DNA of 64,000 bases from Alphaproteobacteria bacterium (GTDB taxonomy: Bacteria > Pseudomonadota > Alphaproteobacteria > GCA-2731375): positions 64,001 through 128,000 of the forward strand of contig CBDDBZ010000030.1 in NCBI GenBank assembly GCA_965225945.1, in the 5' to 3' direction. The position numbers and the translations under genes are program-made. Position 1 is the first letter of the stretch. Every line of letters starts with the position of its first letter. Of this stretch, positions 51,869 to 62,496 are shown one piece after another. A model generated the notes under the pieces. That model was not told where the DNA came from, searched no databases, and saw only the letters and a list, made by a program, of their open reading frames with translations.

Positions 51869-51890
51869 CTCGTTCCGGCCCCCCGCCGGA

Positions 51891-52517
51891 TCAGCCGGCG
51901 CCGTCCTTCTCGCCCAGGCGGTCGATTTGGCGCTGCATCTCCGCCAATTGCCGGCGCAACGCCGCCAACTCGGTCTCGTCCGCCGCCTCGGGGACTGGCG
52001 GCTCGGGGGCCGACGCCTGGGGCACCGCCTGGGATTGGCCCGTCCCGGGCTGGAACATGCGCATCGCCTGCTCGAACATCGCTATGTTTTGGCGAGCCAT
52101 ATCCTCCAACTGGCGCACCGGGAAGACGCCGCTCAACGCCTCCGACATCTCCTCGCGCATTTGCTCCTGGTTGCGCGCGAACGCCTCCATGGTCGCCTCG
52201 AGATAGTTCGGCAGCATCGACTGGAGCCCATCGCCGTAGCAGCCGATCAACTGGCGGAGGAAGCCGATGGGCAACAGGTTCTCGCCCTTGTTTTCCTGCT
52301 CGACGATGATCTGGGTCAGCACCGAGCGGGTCAGATCCTCCTCCGACTTGGCGTCGACGACGACGAAATCCACGCCTTCCTTGACCATCGCGGCCAACTG
52401 TTCGAGCGTCACGTAAGAGCTCGACTGGGTATTGTAGAGACGGCGGTTGGCGTATTTTTTGATGTGAACCGGACTGTCCGCCGGCCTCGACGCTTTCGCC
52501 ACGGTTCCGATCCCCAT
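51891..52517 (-). CDS. phaR: Polyhydroxyalkanoate synthesis repressor PhaR
   Basis: IKKYANRRLYNTQSSSYVTL, EDLTRSVLTQII and LLPIGFLRQLI; start may be GTG 52502. Confidence 0.95.
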   Translation of the reverse strand: MGIGTVAKASRPADSPVHIKKYANRRLYNTQSSSYVTLEQLAAMVKEGVDFVVVDAKSEEDLTRSVLTQIIVEQENKGENLLPIGFLRQLIGCYGDGLQSMLPNYLEATMEAFARNQEQMREEMSEALSGVFPVRQLEDMARQNIAMFEQAMRMFQPGTGQSQAVPQASAPEPPVPEAADETELAALRRQLAEMQRQIDRLGEKDGAG

Positions 52518-52648
52518 TCACGAGCCGGGCCGAGCGGCCCCGTCGGGTCGACACTATTGCGTCGCTTTGCCGCGCCGCGCAAGACTTTGTTGCGGTGCCG
52601 AACACGCTGGCCGTGTCGCGGCGCCTCGAGCGAGCTATAGTCCAGGTC

Positions 52649-52831
52649 ATGAGCGAGCCCGCCGATCTCGATTCGCTGGCCCGGCGCTATCTCGATCTCT
52701 GGGAGCGCCAGGCCGCCCTGATCGCCGCCGATCCGATCGAAGGCATTCATTTTCGGGCGATTATGAATGCAACGAGAATACCTGATGACAGCGCCTCGGA
52801 GAGGGCGGATGAAGGCGAGCGGGACGACTGA
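52649..52831 (+). CDS. Small hypothetical protein upstream of the PhaC-like gene
   Basis: MSEPADLDSLARRYLDLWERQ...; host-like codon usage in the first half only. Confidence 0.5.
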   Translation: MSEPADLDSLARRYLDLWERQAALIAADPIEGIHFRAIMNATRIPDDSASERADEGERDD

Positions 52832-54053
52832 GCCCGAGGTCAGACGCCTGGCGCCCCGACCGCTGGCGCTCCACATGGCGGCGGCGGTCACCACCGGCTT
52901 CGGCGCGCTGGCAGCGCTGCCGGCGGCCCGCGCCGGACTGCTGCCCTGGGCGCCGGCGCTCGATGGCGAGGCGGGCGAACTCACGCCCGAGCTCCGGGCG
53001 GCGGCGCCCGAGGCCTTGGCGGCGGCGGTGGCGGCGGCCCTCGAGCGGCGGCTTCACCGCTTCATGGCCGGCATCGAGGCCTACCGCGCACACCCCTACG
53101 CCCGCGCAATCCGACCGCCGAAGGTCGCCTGGCGCGAGGGCACGACGCGGCTGCTCGACTTCGGTCCGGTCGAGGGCGGGGCCGAGGGCGCGGCGCTGCT
53201 GTTCGTGCCCTCGCTGATCAACCGCTACTACGTTCTCGACCTGATGGCGGAATCGAGCCTGGTCCGCTGGCTGGCCTCGGCCGGGCGGCGCGTCCTGGTG
53301 GTGGATTGGGACGCCCCCGGCGAGGTGGAGCGCAATTTCACCGTGGCAGACTATGTGACCGGGCGGCTCGAGCGCTTGCTCGACGCCGCCCTCGAGCTGG
53401 CCGGGGGACCGCCGGTGCTCGCCGGCTATTGCCTGGGCGGCACGCTTTCGCTCGGCTTGGCGAGCCGGCGGGCGGGCGACCTCGCCGGCCTGGCGCTGCT
53501 GGCGGCGCCCTGGGATTTCCACGCCGGGCGCGACGGCCAGAGCCGGCTCTTCCTCGCCGCCGAGGGCCTGATCGACGGCCTGTCGGCGGGTTTCGGCGAA
53601 CTACCGGTGGACGTGCTGCAGGCGCTCTTCGCCGGGCTCGACCCCAACCTCGCCAGCCGCAAGTTCCGCCGTTTCGCCACCTTGGCGCCGGAGAGCCCGG
53701 CGGCGCGACGCTTCGTCGCCTTGGAGGATTGGCTGAACGACGGCGTGCCGGTCGCCGCCGCCGTCGCGCGGGAATGCCTGCTCGATTGGTACGGCGCCAA
53801 CCTGCCGGCCCGCGGTCTGTGGCGGCTGGCCGGCCATCCCGTCCGCCCGGAGGCGCTGGACCTGCCGGCGTTCGTCGCCATACCGGGCGAGGACAGAATC
53901 GTCCCGCCCGCGTCCGCCGAGGCCATATTGGCGGCACTGCCGGAGGCCCGAGTGGTGCGGCCCCGGGCCGGTCACATCGGCATGATGGTCGGCGGCCGGG
54001 CCGAGCGGGGCCTCTGGCGGCCGCTGCTCGACTGGCTCGGGGAGCTTGCCTGA
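52809..54053 (+). CDS. PhaC-like alpha/beta hydrolase (short PHA synthase type)
   Basis: VPSLINRYYVLDL, lipase box GYCLGG, EDRIVPP and GHIG give a C-D-H triad. Confidence 0.85.
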   Translation: MKASGTTEPEVRRLAPRPLALHMAAAVTTGFGALAALPAARAGLLPWAPALDGEAGELTPELRAAAPEALAAAVAAALERRLHRFMAGIEAYRAHPYARAIRPPKVAWREGTTRLLDFGPVEGGAEGAALLFVPSLINRYYVLDLMAESSLVRWLASAGRRVLVVDWDAPGEVERNFTVADYVTGRLERLLDAALELAGGPPVLAGYCLGGTLSLGLASRRAGDLAGLALLAAPWDFHAGRDGQSRLFLAAEGLIDGLSAGFGELPVDVLQALFAGLDPNLASRKFRRFATLAPESPAARRFVALEDWLNDGVPVAAAVARECLLDWYGANLPARGLWRLAGHPVRPEALDLPAFVAIPGEDRIVPPASAEAILAALPEARVVRPRAGHIGMMVGGRAERGLWRPLLDWLGELA

Positions 54054-54072
54054 GGCGCTATCCGCACGTATG

Positions 54073-54087
54073 TTGTGCAGTGCACAA
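54073..54087. promoter_or_regulatory. PhaR-type operator upstream of phaA
   Basis: Perfect palindrome TTGTGCA-G-TGCACAA containing TGC-N3-GCA, about 50 bp before the phaA start. Confidence 0.75.
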
Positions 54088-54136
54088 TAAGGCCTGATCG
54101 GCGGGCCGAAACCATCCGGAAGTCGAGACCGACGCC

Positions 54137-55315
<1,179 letters not shown>

Positions 55316-55390
55316 CGGGGGAGCGGGGGAGCGGGTGGCCAGGCGATTCCGCGGGCGCGGATCATGGGGGAAGCAATCGAGGAGAGGGAC

Positions 55391-56113
55391 ATGACCAGGG
55401 TCGCGATCGTCACCGGTGGCACGCGGGGAATTGGGCGCGCCATCTGCGAGGCGCTAAAGGCGGCGGGCCACCGCGTGGCGGCGAATTACGCCGGCAACGA
55501 CGAGGCCGCGGGCCGCTGCACCGAGGAAGTGGAGATACCGTGCTTCAAGTTCGACGTTTCCGACTACGACGCCTGTCAGGCCGGCGTCCGGGCGGTGGCC
55601 GACGCGCTGGGGCCGGTCGACATCCTGGTCAACAATGCCGGCATCACGCGGGACGGCACGATCATGAAAATGAGCGCCGAGGACTGGCGCGCGGTGATCG
55701 ACACCAACCTCGGCTCCTGCTTCAACATGGCCAAGGCGGTGTTTCCGGGCATGCGTGATCGCCGTTTCGGTCGGATCGTCAACATCGGCTCGATCAACGG
55801 CCAGGCCGGCCAGTATGGCCAGGTCAACTATGCCGCGGCCAAATCGGGCATTCACGGCTTCACCAAAGCCCTGGCGCAGGAGGGCGCGCGCCACGACATC
55901 ACCGTCAACGCCATCGCGCCGGGCTATATCGACACCGACATGGTGGCCGCCGTGCCACCCCAGGTGCTGGAGAAGATCGTCGCCCGGGTGCCGGTCGCGC
56001 GCTTGGGCCAGGCCGAGGAGATCGCCCGGGGCGTGTTGTTCCTGGTCTCCGACGAGGCTGGCTTCGTCACCGGCTCCACTATGTCGATCAACGGCGGCCA
56101 GCACATGTATTGA
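55391..56113 (+). CDS. phaB: Acetoacetyl-CoA reductase
   Basis: TGGTRGIG, NNAGITRD, GQVNYAAAK and INGGQHMY at the end. Confidence 0.95.
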   Translation: MTRVAIVTGGTRGIGRAICEALKAAGHRVAANYAGNDEAAGRCTEEVEIPCFKFDVSDYDACQAGVRAVADALGPVDILVNNAGITRDGTIMKMSAEDWRAVIDTNLGSCFNMAKAVFPGMRDRRFGRIVNIGSINGQAGQYGQVNYAAAKSGIHGFTKALAQEGARHDITVNAIAPGYIDTDMVAAVPPQVLEKIVARVPVARLGQAEEIARGVLFLVSDEAGFVTGSTMSINGGQHMY

Positions 56114-56131
56114 TGGGCGCGCGCGTGCAGC

Positions 56132-57841
56132 TCACCCAGCCCCCTCGCTCCGCCCGCCGCCGGGGCGCGAGACGCGGATCGCGCGGCTCAGCAGGATGAC
56201 CGGCACGATCCCCACCACCACGATCGAGAGCGCCCACAGACCGCACTCCTCGAAGCGCTCGTCGCTGGCGTATTCGTAAATTCGCGTCGCCAGGGTCGAG
56301 AAGTCGAAGGGCCTGAGGATCAGGGTCGCCGGCAGCTCCTTCATCACGTCGACGAAGACCAGCAGCGCCGCCGTCAGCACCCCGCCCCGAATGATCGGCA
56401 GGTGCACCGAGACCAGCGTGGCGGCGAGCCCGCGCCCCAGCGTGCGCGAGGCACCGTCCATGGACTGGGTGACGCGCCCGAGGCTCGCCTCGATGGTGCC
56501 GAAAGAGAGCGCCAGGAAGCGCACCAGATAGGCGAAGCCGACGGCGACGACGGTGCCGCTCAGCACCAGGCCGAAGGTGATGTCGAGAAAGCGTTCGCCG
56601 AGCGCGTTCAGCGCGTGGTCGGCCCAGGCGAAGGGGATCAGCACGCCGACGGCGATGATCGAGCCGGGGACCGCGTAGCCGGTGCTGGCGAACCTGACGG
56701 CGAGCGTCAGCACCCGCCCACCGGCGATCCGCATGGCGTAGGCGAGATAGAGCCCCAGCGCCACCGCCAACGCCGCCGCGCCCGCCGCCAGCGCCAGCGT
56801 CGTCGCGACGTCGGAGAGATAGTCCTCGAAGCGCGCCAGCCCCAGCGATGCAAGCGCCCAGCCCGCCAGCACACACGCCGGCAGGGCGAAACCGAACAGC
56901 AGCGGCGCCAGGCAGGCGAGATGCGCGGCGACGGCCCGCCCGCCCCGCAAGCGGTAGCCGGGGAGTTCGCGGTAGCGCCGCGAGGTCTGGTGATAGTGCC
57001 GGTCGCGGCGCGAATAGCGCTCCAGGGCCAGCACGGCGAGGACGAAGATCAACAGCAGGCTGGCCAACTGCGCTGCCGCCGGCGCGTTGTGCATGCCGAG
57101 CCAGACGTCGTAGATCCCGGTGGTGAAGGTGGCGACGGCGAATTGCTGGACGGCGCCGAAATCGTTCAGCACCTCCATCAACGCCAGCGCCACGCCGATG
57201 GCGATCGCCGGGCGGGCGAGCGGCAGCGCGGTGGTGAGGAAGGAGCGCCAGGGCCCCCGGCCGAGGGTGCGGCTGACCTCGAGGGCACCGACCGACTGGT
57301 CGAGGAAGGCGGCCCGGGCCAGCAGGAAGACATAGGGGTAGAGCACCAGGGTCAGCACCACGATGGCGCCGCCGAGCGAACGCACCTCCGGAAACCAGTA
57401 GTCGCGCGGGCCGCCGAGGCCGAACGCGGCGCGGAACGCCCCCTGCAACGGCCCGGCGTATTCCAGCGTCTCGACATAGACGATGGCGATCACGTAGGTC
57501 GGCATCGCCAGCGGCAGCAGCAGCGCCCATTCGAAGACGCGGGCGCCCGGAAAGCGGCACATGGTGGTGAGCCAGGCGGTGCCGACGCCGATCACCACCA
57601 CGCCGAGGCCGACGCCCACCATCAGGCCGGCGGTGTTGGCGACGTAGCGCGCCAGCACCGTCTCGACGAGATGGGCCCAAACGCCGCCGCTCGGCGCCAT
57701 CGCCACCCCGGCGACGGCGATCAGCGGCAGCGCCACCATTAGAGCGACCCCGATGGCGCCGAGGCTCCAGCCGATGCGGCCCACACGCCAGGCCCCGATG
57801 GAGGGCCTGAGTCCCCCGCCCCCTGCCGCCACCACCATCAC
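56132..57841 (-). CDS. Fe3+ ABC transporter permease (FbpB/FutB-like)
   Basis: LPLAMPTYV, LYPYVFL, MEVLNDFG, GYAVPG and KELPATLILRPF. Confidence 0.93.
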   Translation of the reverse strand: MMVVAAGGGGLRPSIGAWRVGRIGWSLGAIGVALMVALPLIAVAGVAMAPSGGVWAHLVETVLARYVANTAGLMVGVGLGVVVIGVGTAWLTTMCRFPGARVFEWALLLPLAMPTYVIAIVYVETLEYAGPLQGAFRAAFGLGGPRDYWFPEVRSLGGAIVVLTLVLYPYVFLLARAAFLDQSVGALEVSRTLGRGPWRSFLTTALPLARPAIAIGVALALMEVLNDFGAVQQFAVATFTTGIYDVWLGMHNAPAAAQLASLLLIFVLAVLALERYSRRDRHYHQTSRRYRELPGYRLRGGRAVAAHLACLAPLLFGFALPACVLAGWALASLGLARFEDYLSDVATTLALAAGAAALAVALGLYLAYAMRIAGGRVLTLAVRFASTGYAVPGSIIAVGVLIPFAWADHALNALGERFLDITFGLVLSGTVVAVGFAYLVRFLALSFGTIEASLGRVTQSMDGASRTLGRGLAATLVSVHLPIIRGGVLTAALLVFVDVMKELPATLILRPFDFSTLATRIYEYASDERFEECGLWALSIVVVGIVPVILLSRAIRVSRPGGGRSEGAG

Positions 57842-57859
57842 CCCGCCGCCGTGCCCGCG

Positions 57860-59000
57860 CTACTCGAAGCCGACCCGGTCGAACATGCGGAGCGCTTCGG
57901 GCGCCAATTCGGCGATCCGCTGCAGGGCGGTGTCGGTCGGCCCGGAAGCGGCCCCAGGAGGCGACCTCGGAATCCCAGGGTACAGTGGGGTTGACCGGAT
58001 ATTCGTAGTTCGTCGCGGCGTAGATCGCCTGCGCCTTCGGTTCGGCCAGGAACTGCATCAGCCGGCGCGCGGCCTCGGCGTGCGGCGCGCTTCGCATCAT
58101 CGCCATGCCGGAGAGGTTGACATGGGTGCCGCGATCCCCCTCCCCCTGGTTGGGGAAGATCAGCCCGACCGCCGCCGCCCAAGCCTTCTGCTCGGGCCGC
58201 TGGTGGTTGAATTTCATCACGCCGTAGTAATAGTGGTTGCCGATCGCGACGTCGCAGAGGCCTTCCTTGATCGCCTTCACCTGACCCCGGTCGCCGCCCT
58301 GCGGCTTGCGCGCCAGGTTGGCGCGAAGGCCGCGCGCCCAGGCCTCCGCCTTTTCCCGCCCCAGCGCGACGATCATCGAGGCCAGCAGCGCCTGGTTGTA
58401 ATAGTGGCGGGAGGAGCGAACGCAGACCCGGCCGCGCCATTTCGGCTCGGCCAGGTCCTCATAGCGGGAGACGGCATCGGGCGCCACGCGATCCTTGGCG
58501 TAGTAGATCACCCGCGCCCGCAGGGTGAGACCGAACCAGAGGTCGCCCGGGTGTCGGTAGGCGGCGGGAACGGCGGCGCGGAGCCGCGCCGAGGGCACCG
58601 GGCGGGCGAGATCGGCGGCGACCAGCGCGTTCAGGCGGGCGATGTCCGAGGTTAGCACCAGATCGGCCGGACTATATCGGCCTTCCGCCTTCAAGCGCTC
58701 GATCATGCCGGTCTTGGCGAAGACCACGTTGACCTCGATGCCGGTCTCGGCGGTGAAGCGCTCGAGCAAGGGGCGGATCAGGAATTCCTGGCGGAAGGAA
58801 TAGATGTTGACTTCCTCGGCCAGGGCCGGCCGGAGGGGGAGAAATATCACCAGTGCCGCGAGCGCCGTCAGCCGGCGCGCGAGCGCGACACGGCCCCGAC
58901 GCTGGCCGCCGCCGCGAAACCCGTCCCACCACGGCGCCGTCCGCCGGCGTCGCGGGGGCGATTTTCCAGCCGTCCTCCCAGGTGGCGAAACCGCCGGCAT
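57860..59000 (-). pseudogene. Fe3+ ABC substrate-binding protein (FbpA/FutA-like) with a frameshift near the C-terminus
   Basis: VNIYSFRQ, SPADLVLT, QGGDRGQ, GNHYYY, HVNLSG and NYEYPV. After WGRFRAD the natural tail TALQRIAELAPEALRMFDRVGFE* is in another frame, at TCGG-TCGG 57933-57940. Start uncertain. Confidence 0.85.
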
Positions 59001-59034
59001 GTCCCCAGCTCGCATGGTCCGAATTCTCATTGAA

Positions 59035-59057
59035 TTGCGAATGAAAATCATTCGCAA
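59035..59057. promoter_or_regulatory. Fur-like operator upstream of the iron ABC genes
   Basis: Perfect inverted repeat TTGCGAATGA-AAA-TCATTCGCAA in an AT-rich patch. Confidence 0.75.
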
Positions 59058-60011
59058 ATTGACCAGGCTAAGATATCGCAACCGTTCGGGCGACTTCAAG
59101 GCGAAAGCCGAAAGGCATCGGGCGAGAGATATCGCTCGGTGACGGTCGCCGCCTAGATTTTGATCCCTCGTCGACCGTCTGCCGCTGGGGTGATGTCGTC
59201 GAGAGCCGGTGGGATCTGGTCCGAAGGCCCGGAGCCTCCCCGCTCCAGGTGAGCGATGCCTGCTTCAACGTTTCAACAGCGTCCCCGGCACTTCGCCCAC
59301 CATTCCCAGACCAGCTACGTGGCGATGGCGCCCACGAAACATAAGATCGTATGAAACCCGGGTTCCCCCGCCGCTGTTTCGGTGGCGAAATTCGATAACA
59401 AGGCCCAGCCAGCTGTCCCATTCCCAGCCGAGAATGTCGCCAATTCGCGTCCGCTCGCCAGGCGCCAGCTCTACCTCGCTCGGAGCAGGGCCGTGATGCG
59501 CCGCCGCTCCGCTCGCGTCGTCGACTGTCGTGAAAAAATCAGCCCGAACCGTGGCGATGTAGGTCCGGTCCGAATCATTCTCGAGGTAAATTATCTCGAC
59601 CACGTCGTCAGCGATTCGCGCCTCGACGCCTTGAATTAGGACGGTTGGTAGGTCGTCGCTCAGTCCGGCGGTCCTGCGCCGCCACTCCATCGACTCGTCA
59701 GCGTCTTGCGGGACGACATGGCCTTTTTCGTACATCGAGCCGAGGTTGTTCTGGGCCTCGGCGTCGCCCCGCTCGGCGGCCTTGCTATACCACCTCATTG
59801 CCGCGCCATGGTCCTGCACCACGCCACGGCCATATTCGTACATGACGCCCAGCTGGTTCTGGGCTTCGGCATGACCCGATTCAGCCAAAGAACGAAACCG
59901 CTTTCAGCGGTAGTTCGTGGTGCCGGGCGGTGAGGTCGGTGGCGTAACGGATGGGTCGATCCTGTGTTGAGGTTTGGAGTTCCGAAGCTCACGCAACACG
60001 GGAGCAGACCC

Positions 60012-60917
60012 ATGACCGATAGTGACAAGACCATCAGCCCGCTGCGCCAGCGCATGATCGACGACATGGTGCTTCGCGGCTTCAGTGCCAACACGCAGCG
60101 CGGCTACATCAGTGCGGTGGCCGGCTTTTCCGACTTTCTCGCACGCTCTCCGGATCGGGCGGAGGCGGAGGATCTCAGGCGCTATCAAGTGCATATGCGC
60201 AAAGCAGGCGCATCGGCGACGACGATGAACGCGGCGGTCTCGGCATTGCGGTTCTTCTTCGGCGTCACGCTCGGCCGAGGCGACGCCGAGATCGGCATGA
60301 CGACGGTGGCAATGCCGCGCAAGCTGCCGGTGATCCTGAGCGTCGAGGAAATGGCGCGGCTTCTCGATGCCGCCCCCGGTCCCAAATACAAGGCGGCCTT
60401 TTCGCTGGCCTATGGCGCCGGCCTGCGCGCTTCGGAGGTGGTCCATCTCAAGGTCCCGGACATCGACAGCAACCGCAAGACGCTTCGCATCGAGCAAGGT
60501 AAGGGCCGCCGAGATCGCTACGCCATGCTCTCGGATCGCGCCGTCGAGCAGCTCAGGGTCTGGTGGTTGCTTGGCCGCGCCCGCGGCGTGATGCTGCCCG
60601 GCGGTTGGCTGTTTCCAGGCCAGAACCCGGTCAACCCGTTGACCACCCGCCAGCTCCGTCGCGCCCTCGATGGCGCCAAGGCGGGGGCGGGGATCGAGAA
60701 GCGGATCTCGCTTCACACGCTGCGCCACTGCTTCGCCACCCATCTCCTCGAACAGGGCGTCGACATCCGCGTGATCCAGGTTCTACTGGGGCACAAGAAG
60801 CTGGAGACCACGGCTCACTACACCCAGGTCGCCAGCACCACCTTGCGGCGCGCCAAGAGCCCACTGGACCTGCTCGAGCCGCCGACGCCCAAGACCAAGC
60901 GCAAGCCGCCGAAGTGA
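60012..60917 (+). CDS. Tyrosine recombinase (XerD-like, N-terminal SAM-like domain)
   Basis: YGAGLRASE, GKGRRDR, HTLRHCFATHLLE and LLGH..TTAHY; RBS GGAG. Confidence 0.95.
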   Translation: MTDSDKTISPLRQRMIDDMVLRGFSANTQRGYISAVAGFSDFLARSPDRAEAEDLRRYQVHMRKAGASATTMNAAVSALRFFFGVTLGRGDAEIGMTTVAMPRKLPVILSVEEMARLLDAAPGPKYKAAFSLAYGAGLRASEVVHLKVPDIDSNRKTLRIEQGKGRRDRYAMLSDRAVEQLRVWWLLGRARGVMLPGGWLFPGQNPVNPLTTRQLRRALDGAKAGAGIEKRISLHTLRHCFATHLLEQGVDIRVIQVLLGHKKLETTAHYTQVASTTLRRAKSPLDLLEPPTPKTKRKPPK

Positions 60918-60930
60918 GCCGGCGGCCTCG

Positions 60931-62145
60931 GTGCCGCGTCCCGCGCTCGAGGTCCAGGACATCTTCCGCGACCACGGGCCCGGCTTCCGTCGGGCCCGGG
61001 CCGGTCGTCTGAGCCTCGGCCAACTGAAGGTCATGTCGGCGATCGAGTGTTGCCGCACCGCCGCGCTCGGCGGTCATGTCGCGGCCTGCGAGGACTGCGG
61101 GCAGAACCACATCGCCTACAATTCCTGTCGCAACCGCCATTGTCCCAAATGCCAAGGCCAGGTCGCGCGCGAATGGCTGGCGGCGCGAGAGGCCGAACTG
61201 CTCTCCGTCCCCTACTACCATCTCGTCTTCACCCTGCCAGCGGCGATCGCCGACATCGCCTATCAGAACAAGTCGGTGATCTACGATATCCTGTTCAAGG
61301 CGAGCGCCGAGACCATGCTCACCATCGCCGCCGATCCCAAGCATCTCGGCGCCAAGATCGGCATCACCGCCGTGCTCCACACCTGGGGCTCGGCCATGAC
61401 CCACCATCCCCACATCCACATGATCGTGCCGGGTGGCGGAATCTCACCTGACGGTAGCAGTTGGATCTCTTGCCGGCCCGGCTTCTTCCTGCCCGTCCGC
61501 GTGCTCTCGCGCCTCTTCCGCCGCCTCTTCATCGAGAAGCTCCTCGCCGCCCACGAGGCAGGGCGCCTGAAGTTCTTCACCGACCACACCAGCCTCGCCG
61601 AGCCGGCGGCCTTCCGTGTCTTCCTCGCACCGATGCGCAAACAAGAATGGGTCGTCTACGCCAAGCCGCCCTTCGGCGGACCAGAGGCCGTGCTCGCCTA
61701 TCTCTCCCGCTACACCCACCGTGTCGCCATCTCGAACAGCCGCCTGGTCAGCTGCGACAGCCAAGGCGTCATCTTCAAGTACAAGGACTACCGGCGCAAA
61801 GGACGCGAGCGCTACAAGACCTTGCCCCTGGCCGTGCCCGAGTTCATCCGCCGCTTCCTCCTCCATGTCCTGCCCTCGGGCTTTCACCGCATCCGCCATT
61901 ACGGCCTCTTCGCCAACGGCGGTCGCACCCGCAACATCTCCCTTGCCCGCGAACTGCTTGCCATGCCGGCACCGGAGAGTGAGGCCGACGATGCCGCGAG
62001 TGACGATGATACCGAACCGCCGTCCCTCTCAGAGCCCTGCCCGCAGTGCGGCGGCCGTATGATCGTCATCGAGCGCTTCGAGGCCGGCGCCCAACCACGC
62101 GCCCCGCCCCGTGCACGGCCCCTGGCCAGGGCCACGGCAGCATGA
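60931..62145 (+). CDS. IS91-family (Y2 HUH) transposase with Zn-binding domain
   Basis: CEDC..YNSCRNRHCPKC, YYHLVFTLP, HTWG..HPHIH, YLSRYTHR and HRIRHYG. Confidence 0.95.
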   Translation: MPRPALEVQDIFRDHGPGFRRARAGRLSLGQLKVMSAIECCRTAALGGHVAACEDCGQNHIAYNSCRNRHCPKCQGQVAREWLAAREAELLSVPYYHLVFTLPAAIADIAYQNKSVIYDILFKASAETMLTIAADPKHLGAKIGITAVLHTWGSAMTHHPHIHMIVPGGGISPDGSSWISCRPGFFLPVRVLSRLFRRLFIEKLLAAHEAGRLKFFTDHTSLAEPAAFRVFLAPMRKQEWVVYAKPPFGGPEAVLAYLSRYTHRVAISNSRLVSCDSQGVIFKYKDYRRKGRERYKTLPLAVPEFIRRFLLHVLPSGFHRIRHYGLFANGGRTRNISLARELLAMPAPESEADDAASDDDTEPPSLSEPCPQCGGRMIVIERFEAGAQPRAPPRARPLARATAA

Positions 62146-62417
62146 CCGACACCGCTTCGAATAACGCTATTGCCGCCGCTCACCCGCGGCCACGATCCCG
62201 CTCGCCGCAACACCATCGAGCGCGCAGGGAACCACCTGCGAGACCCGCCGGCATCGACCCGAAGTCGCCATCAAACCACCCTGCCGGTGTCGTCGCCAAT
62301 CAGATCCGAGCCATCCAGCAGCGCCGGCCACCCGAGAAAGCTGGCCCGCCGCTCGCAAATCCCCATAGACCGAGCGTGCCGCACCGCCGAGCCTAGTCCT
62401 GCCCGCGGTTTCCTCCC

Positions 62418-62496
62418 TTAAGCGTTGTCCGACACCTGCCGATCCAGTCCGCCGGATGCAACCCCTGCGCCTCGGCAGGTGTCCGACAACGCTTAA
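62418..62496. repeat. Terminal inverted repeat (25-bp arms, 1 mismatch, 29-nt spacer)
   Basis: TTAAGCGTTGTCCGACACCTGCCGA ... TCGGCAGGTGTCCGACAACGCTTAA. Confidence 0.9.

Noticed and set aside
56088-59099. 1003-aa ORF as an SBP fusion protein
   Set aside because: It is the frameshifted SBP reading through the permease in a shadow frame; the tail is Arg/Gly/Pro-rich with no recognisable motifs.
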